In this document: positions 57,015 to 64,000 of the stretch, one piece after another | Position numbering within the stretch: the stretch's first letter is position 1 | Layout of the letters: the number at the start of each line of letters is the position of its first letter | Assembly: GCF_006345805.1 (NCBI RefSeq) | Contig: NC_043012.1 | Location: forward strand, 18,538,001 to 18,602,000 | DNA: 64,000 nt | Direction of reading: 5' to 3' | Origin: Octopus sinensis | Taxonomy: Eukaryota | Program-made: the position numbers and the translations under genes | Notes under the pieces: generated by a model | The model's input: the letters and a program-made list of their open reading frames with translations, nothing else | The model's database searches: none | What the model was told of the DNA's origin: nothing

Positions 57015-57220
57015 GTATTAGACCGTTGAGCTTACAATCGTGAGGTTGTGAGTGTGATTCCCGGAACGGGCTGCGTGTTGTGTTCTTGAGCAAGACATTT
57101 TATTTCAGGTTGGTCCTGTTAACTCAGCTGTATAAATGAGTTGCAACGGTACAGGTGCCAAGCTGTATCGACTTTGCCGTTCTCTTGGTTATCATCAGCG
57201 GTGTGAAGAGGGGGGGGGTC
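57013..57220 (+). mobile_element. 5'-clipped tRNA-derived SINE family 4
   Basis: gaggttgtgagtgtgattccc, then core ttgtgttcttgagcaagacatttt...actcagctgtataaatgagt. Confidence 0.6.
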
Positions 57221-59016
57221 TGTAAACGTATTTTACCTAGTTTTCTTTATATGTTGGTCATGGATATGATTCATTAATATCATTGATTTTATCACTAATT
57301 ATGTTTTTATACATATAAATCCATGCATCTATACATATATATGTATATATATATATATATAATATATATATATATATATCTAATATACTATATATAATAT
57401 ATAAATATATGCATATATACATACATATATGTACTTATCTTCATATATATGTATATATATATACATATATACATGTATATATGGGTACAGGGCATATGAG
57501 AAACGAAGAAAAACGAAGAAAAACAGAAAGCCAAATATTTTCGAACAACGAAAAAAAAAAGACAAACGAGACGTGCAGCATAAATAATAATCCCCCTCAT
57601 CTGTCCCTGTTTCATCTACTCCGCGTTTCAGGCATTCAGACCGATACACCAACACATTTTTGTGAACATATTTTGCGTCTGTATTTGTATATAAACAACA
57701 GAGATTGTTACCACAGAATTTTGACCACAGAATTTATGAATACAGCAATCAATGCGACATTACAAACTTCCTAACAGACAAACATGAGTACTTACAGACA
57801 CACATATACGTACGTGCACTCACGAACGTATACATTGGTATATGTCAATGGGCATAGCTACACATACAAACAGATACACAGAAACATACACACACATGAG
57901 CTTCGTGTATGCACACAAAATACTTAGACAACGAGAAATTTCATTATTATGTATGTACGTTGCTATGTAACTTGTGTGTGGACGCATGCCAGAATAATTG
58001 TATACCGAATAAACAATTTGATATTAACTAAGTGCAATGTCATGAAGACAAATATCGGCCTTTAACCCATTTTTGAAAGCTCTTACAATTTGGCTACAAT
58101 ATTAAATTTACTAATAAAACGAAATAATATGTTGACCCTTAGAAAACATGTAATTTTCTAATTTGTTTTGATCTGGCACCGATCCATCTCAGTAATTATA
58201 TATGTAAATTTTCATAAAGCTTGTTCTTATATATTCAGTATATTACGACACGAATGACTTTCTTGACTAAGAGAAATGTATTTTTAACTATAAAAATATG
58301 TAACGCATGATTATTTTCCATGACGTTCTTTATCTTCTAGGCAGATGGTAAACTTATATTACCAAGTTGTTCCATTTACCTTTAGTTACATTTATAAACT
58401 GTGTTTACTAATGCAAAAATCTCTAGTTGGAAAGTATTCAATTTGATATTTAATTGCTGTTATCAGCATTTAAATGGTTTGTCTGAATGCATCGTACATA
58501 CTCTCTCAATATGCACTTATGCGATATATATTACATGTAACGTAATATAGTGTAAAGCATTAATATACTATATACTATAATATTATATATATTAATATAT
58601 GCGTGTGTGTGTGTGCGTATGTGTGTCTGTGTGTGACTGTGTGTGTGTCCGTCCCTCTCTCTCTCTCTCTCTATATATTATATATATATATATATATATA
58701 TCTTGGAAAATGCATGAGATACTTGACAGGGACAGGTGTATTTGAAAAAAACACAAGGAATGATTTCACTAGTAGTTCTAATCAGTTTACTTTATCATGT
58801 TTTCATTTGTTAATAATTTATATTTTACATTTTAGCTTGTAGATCTAGTCTACTAGATCTACGAACGTAAGTGTAAAATGTATGCTAACCAAAAATGGAA
58901 AAAAAAAGATTAATTAAACTGATTAGAGCTACCACTGAAATCATGTTATTACTTTTCTTTTTTTCAATTATATTATATAATTATATATAAGTATATCTAT
59001 ATCAATGTATGTATGC

Positions 59017-59060
<44 letters not shown>

Positions 59061-59095
59061 CTGTATATGTATATATATGTGTGTGTGTGTGTATT

Positions 59096-59133
<38 letters not shown>

Positions 59134-59138
<5 letters not shown>

Positions 59139-59897
59139 GTCTAAATTATTTGAAAGTAAATTAACACAGCACTGATATCGATATATTTGCCAAAATTACA
59201 TTAAAAAAATCTTGAAATACCAAAGAGTAAATTTATTTAATAAACTTGGTCTTGGCTTCAACCACAGTCTCAAGATGATGATCTCTTTGTTTAAGTTGGT
59301 GAATACTGATATAATCCTTGCCTTCAGTTCATGTTTGGTATGTCGAAAAGTGTGGTCGATCTCTCGCTCAACTTCGTCCGACACAAAATAATCGAGTTGA
59401 ACCGTGGGGAGTTAGGTGGCGAGTGGTGATATAATCTCAGAGATTGTCTGACTGCTATGACTGGATTTTCTTGTTTGTGTGGTATGGTGTAGAGTCCTGT
59501 TGCCAGACATATTGTCTTCCAACATCCACCCTCTTGACCCAGGACAACACTACCGCCTGCAGGCACTTGATGTTGGTCTCCATTTTTATATTGAGACCGT
59601 CTGGGAAGAAGAATGGTGGCATAACGACGCCATCACTATTGAACACTCCAAACACTATGATGTTGACTGGATCCTCAGATTGCCTTGTCCTCATCATGTG
59701 TTCGTATTGGTTCTTCTGGAAGAATGCGAAGCATTACTGCATGTAGCTTCCAAATTTCTGTTAGAGAGAATTGCGTTTTGATGCTGTTTTTTTCACAGAC
59801 GGTGCTACCTGATTCTACTATACTGTGTAGTCGACAAATGATGCGCCTGCATGAAATAAAAAAAATTAAATGGTAGCAATTTACCCATCGCACCCTG
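59134..59897 (-). mobile_element. deleted Tc1/mariner element, DD37D (maT)-like, same family as 27659-28530
   Basis: ORF 59455-59697: VFGVFNSDGVVMPPFFFP...YVWQQDSTPYHT, then PPNSP; TIR tttacccatcgcaccctg followed by TA. Confidence 0.85.
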
Positions 59898-60001
59898 TAT
59901 GTGTGTGTATAGATATATATATATTATATATATATATATATCGTGACGTATTTTTGCCATTTTAATATATATGTGTGTGTGGGTGTAGACATGTTACATA
60001 C

Positions 60002-60055
<54 letters not shown>

Positions 60056-60085
60056 TATGTAAATATATATATGAGCATATATATG

Positions 60086-60123
<38 letters not shown>

Positions 60124-60127
<4 letters not shown>

Positions 60128-60587
60128 CGTATTTTTGCCATTTCAATATGGCTAACCCCTAAGGGTTGATGCTACTGTAGTTTTTAGCCCCAGGAGGACA
60201 CACTCCTCCAGCTGGCCATAGACACACTATCTGTGTCCTGTCAGTATTTGCAAGGGAAGTCATCCTTCCCGTCTTCAACTTATGATACACACGGACTCGA
60301 GTTTCGAGGTATTGACCTCTCGTCAGCGTGTGACAATATAGTTGTCGCCGAGAATTAGATTTCCTTCACAAATACTTATACTTTTTCCAGCGTCCACTGT
60401 CGCTGATATTGAAAAAGTGAAATCAAACAATGATAAATATCAAAGTGAGTTATATACAGTAGCGGTAACACATCGTGACGTATTTTTGCCATTTCAATAT
60501 GGCTAACCCCTAAGGGTGGATGCTACTGTAGTTTTTAGCCCCAGGAGGACACACTCCTCCAGCTGGCCATAGACACACTATCTGTGT

Positions 60588-60590
<3 letters not shown>
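60124..60590 (-). mobile_element. second locus of the 353-bp hammerhead repeat (about 1.3 units)
   Basis: gtgacgtatttttgcc at 60124 and 60475 (period 351, two 1-bp deletions); (TA)n on both sides. Confidence 0.88.
60288..60332 (-). ncRNA. type I hammerhead ribozyme, copy 3
   Basis: Core and stems identical to 526-570. Confidence 0.9.
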
Positions 60591-60626
<36 letters not shown>

Positions 60627-63199
60627 CTAAATAGATAGATCGATAGACAAATAGAAAGGTAGATAGCTATCAAGCTAGATAGATTGGATTGGATAGGCGT
60701 GCATATGTGGGTAACTTTATCAGTTAATGAATTTAGGAAATCACTACTTTCCGACCGTGTATTCATCTAGCCAAAAAGGCTTTGATGTCATACATATCAG
60801 AAGTATCGTTGTAGGAACCAACGTTGACCGAGGTTATTGCCAGATTGTTTATGCTTCTAAGAAATCCATTCTTTGTGTTACGTCATGGAGAAAGTTTCTC
60901 GCTGTAGACAAATACAATGACTGCAATATCATGAAACAGACAACGTGCCCTCTCCGGTTACTATGATTGAGGAAAAGATAACCACTCCGAAAAGCTTACA
61001 TCTCACTTTCTGGGTAGGTGGCACTGCTAGCTGATTTTAGGTGCATTACAGCATTTTGTCTACTGTGGTCAATTTTCTTCTAGACAAAACTCTGTGAATG
61101 GCTTTCTTACGAATATTTCCCAAGCATATTTGAACTGGTACTAACCTTGTCTTTATACACATCGCTGATATGTGTGCGTGTTGGTGTGTGTGTTATGAAA
61201 GAAATGATACTTATTCACATATCTAAAGTTTAATTTGCGACCTTCTAACAATATACTCTGTTCTTTTGTTGCTACTTCAATAACAAGTTTAATCAATCTT
61301 CATTTTATTATTGTACAAAATATAAAATTCAGTCTAATAACATTTGGAATAATATTTTATCATGAAGTTAAATACACGGCTGCCAACTGATTGCATAAAA
61401 ATAATATCATCCGCATCCAATACACCTAATAACACTTGTTATTCGATGGATGATATATTTTTGTCACTGTGAAGTTTGTTTTCAATCCCTACATATTAAT
61501 ATTAATCTAAAGTTGAACAAGTCCATCAAGGGCTTTATTTGACCTCTATGTTAGTTTCTATGAAATTTGATACAATTTAGAATTGTTGAAAACGATTTCG
61601 TATTGAAATACGTATGTAATGTGGTGCTTATTCTTTTTAAATCCTATCTCATGTTTTCTATTGAGAACTCGTTTCACTGCTATGTCATATATTCCAAATA
61701 ATCAGGCCACATATATCATTTACTTCTATGATGGTTTACACTATATGGAATAAAACAAACATCATTAAACATGTTTGTAATTAACTTTTTGAAGTACCCT
61801 TTTTTGTTAATCGCTAATGAAAGATACTGTCTTATTCCCATTAGTCGCTCGAAGTCTATGTGTACTAAATGGGATTAACTATAATCCTTTATATCATTGC
61901 TATATACTGCCTTATATACATAAAATATGGGTGTCAAATCGTTGTCTCACTGCTATCAAGAAAATGTGTGAATATAAAATAACTTAAAAAAAGATATAAA
62001 ATAAAATTAAGCCAAGACTGGAAGGATGACATATTTTAGGCTTTCCTTTAGCGAATTCCCTTGTAAACGCCATCGTTCCACTTTCTAAACTAAATCTATA
62101 TAAAATTAAAACTACCTAACGTAAAAAAAAAACATATAATTAATTTCTTTTTATTAGTGTTACCTCCTAGTTATATCACTCACTAAACTCAAAATATTGT
62201 AATACTGAACAGGAAGTAAAATTAAAAAAGTATTGTACATCTGAACACTGTGTGTTACAAGTTTCCGAAATTAATCAATTAAAGATAAGATGAATTTATT
62301 TTTGACCTACAGAAGAATATTTTAGAAAGCACAGAAGATTGCGAAATGTTTTAGAACAGAATAAGATGAAAGGAAAGTCATGAATTAATAAGAATTTTGA
62401 CATAGGAAATTTGATTAATTTAGATATTAATAAAATAAACAGCTGTACTTGTGTTACCTCACTAAATACTGATTGCAACAGAATTGTAAAATTAATTGTG
62501 CTGTGTGGCTAAATACATAATTTTTCACATAAACACTAATGAATATAAGTGTACTATATATATTTCTTCTGCAAATTATTCAACATGAATCCATTAACTC
62601 TCCAGCGGTAGATTGTATGTACCTGTCCGAAGTAAGGTGTATACGGAGAAAACCTTATCAGCTCTACATTGATTACTATGCAAAATCCACAAACGAAGGA
62701 ATCCAGCTAATCTTGGGTTATAATACCGAACGAAATATAATGTTGAATAACTCATCGTTGTATATTGGTGTATTGGAATGACGGTGCTGTGGTTCAAATA
62801 ATTGAGCCCTAACTCAGTAACTTATTTTTGGACTCACAATTAATCAAATATAATTCAAAGATGATTAATCGAATAAGACCATTGCATAGAGTGTTGTGAC
62901 TGGCTTCATCTTTACACTTGCCATTACTATGTTATATTTAGATTCTTTATTTTTTTATAGGTTGCTTCTGTCTGCGGCATGGTCAGTGACCATAATGGGG
63001 CAATAAGTTTCTGTCTTGTAAAATTTAATTCATATAATTAACTCCAGAACATTTTTAAAACGTTTGAGATTTACTTTATCGTTTTCTGTTGACGAATCAC
63101 TAGCTTACGTAGATGTAAACAAACTAGCTTCGGATGTCAAGTGAAGGATGTTAAAATGAAACATAGTGACATACATATCTATACGCATACACTTTAATA

Positions 63200-63350
63200 G
63201 TAAAACAGGTTTTCGTACAGTTTCCGTTCAGCAACCTCTGTATCACGGCATGACTCAGCTCGAAGCTATAGCAGACAACACATACCCAAGACGCCGTACT
63301 GCGAAACTGAGTTCCAAAAGTAGCTGCATAGAGAGCTTCTTAACTACGCA
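63200..63350 (-). mobile_element. degraded head of SINE family 2
   Basis: cagtttccgt...gctatagcagacaacacatacccaagacgcc matches 48075-48160. Confidence 0.55.
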
Positions 63351-63407
63351 AATACAGGTGTGTGTGTGTGTTTGCATGTATATATATATATGTGTGTGTG
63401 TGTATAT

Positions 63408-63438
<31 letters not shown>

Positions 63439-63537
63439 GTGTGTGTAAGTATGTATTCACACACACTTGCGCATACATACATACATACATACATACATAC
63501 ATACATAAATACATACATATATATACATGCGCACACA

Positions 63538-63954
63538 CACAAGGCGTGCTGAAAATTTCCTGCATTGGGGTTATAGCGAAAGATCTGGTTGGACACTCAT
63601 TCTTCAGGGTCATTTTACAGGGCTTAGAAAAATTGAAAGATATGTGTATGTCCATAATGATTATATGCAAGCTGATTCATGTATAAATTGTACAGGTACG
63701 ATCAGAGATATCAACATTTGTGTAATTCCTCGCAGTAGATCCTGACTCCTAAACACTTAGTACATCTGTTCAGCTCCTACAAACAACAACAGAATTGTTA
63801 GAGTTGTGTTACATTAGAAGAGGTACTGAAAATTTCCTGGGTAAAACAAAATACAGGGCGATGTGTTAATAACGAGTTTGTTCGACATATTCACCGTTCA
63901 GATCCTCACACTTATTGCAACGGACTTCCAGTTTTTCTAAACCCTGTAAAATAA

Positions 63955-63955
<1 letters not shown>
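63538..63955. mobile_element. two fragments of the mariner MITE family seen at 19551
   Basis: gtgctgaaaatttcctg...cagggcttagaaaaattgaaagat (+) and gtactgaaaatttcctggg...tttttctaaaccctgtaaaa (opposite end, -). Confidence 0.6.
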
Positions 63956-63997
<42 letters not shown>

Positions 63998-64000
63998 AGC

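Overview
AT-rich eukaryotic DNA full of (TA)n, (CA)n, (TATC)n and (AAT)n microsatellites. The repeat content suggests an octopus or other coleoid cephalopod (inference). I found no host protein-coding gene, so the window is probably intergenic or one large intron, and nearly all listed ORFs are microsatellite noise. Recognisable content: several tRNA-derived SINE families; a near-full-length R4/Dong-type restriction-like-endonuclease (RLE) LINE at 35.1-39.0 kb inside a head-to-tail pile of related fragments in (AAT)n; a decayed Penelope-like reverse transcriptase (RT); two DD37D-type Tc1/mariner relics; and mariner MITEs. The main finding is a young, highly structured 353-bp tandem repeat at 312-982, present again at 60124-60590. 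Each complete unit carries an intact type I hammerhead ribozyme on the minus strand, which is the architecture of a non-LTR retrozyme that yields a 353-nt self-cleaved, circularisable RNA. Also notable: a pre-miRNA-like hairpin at 48.3 kb, a 177-bp inverted duplication, and a 12-bp SINE-tail insertion with a 19-bp target-site duplication (TSD).
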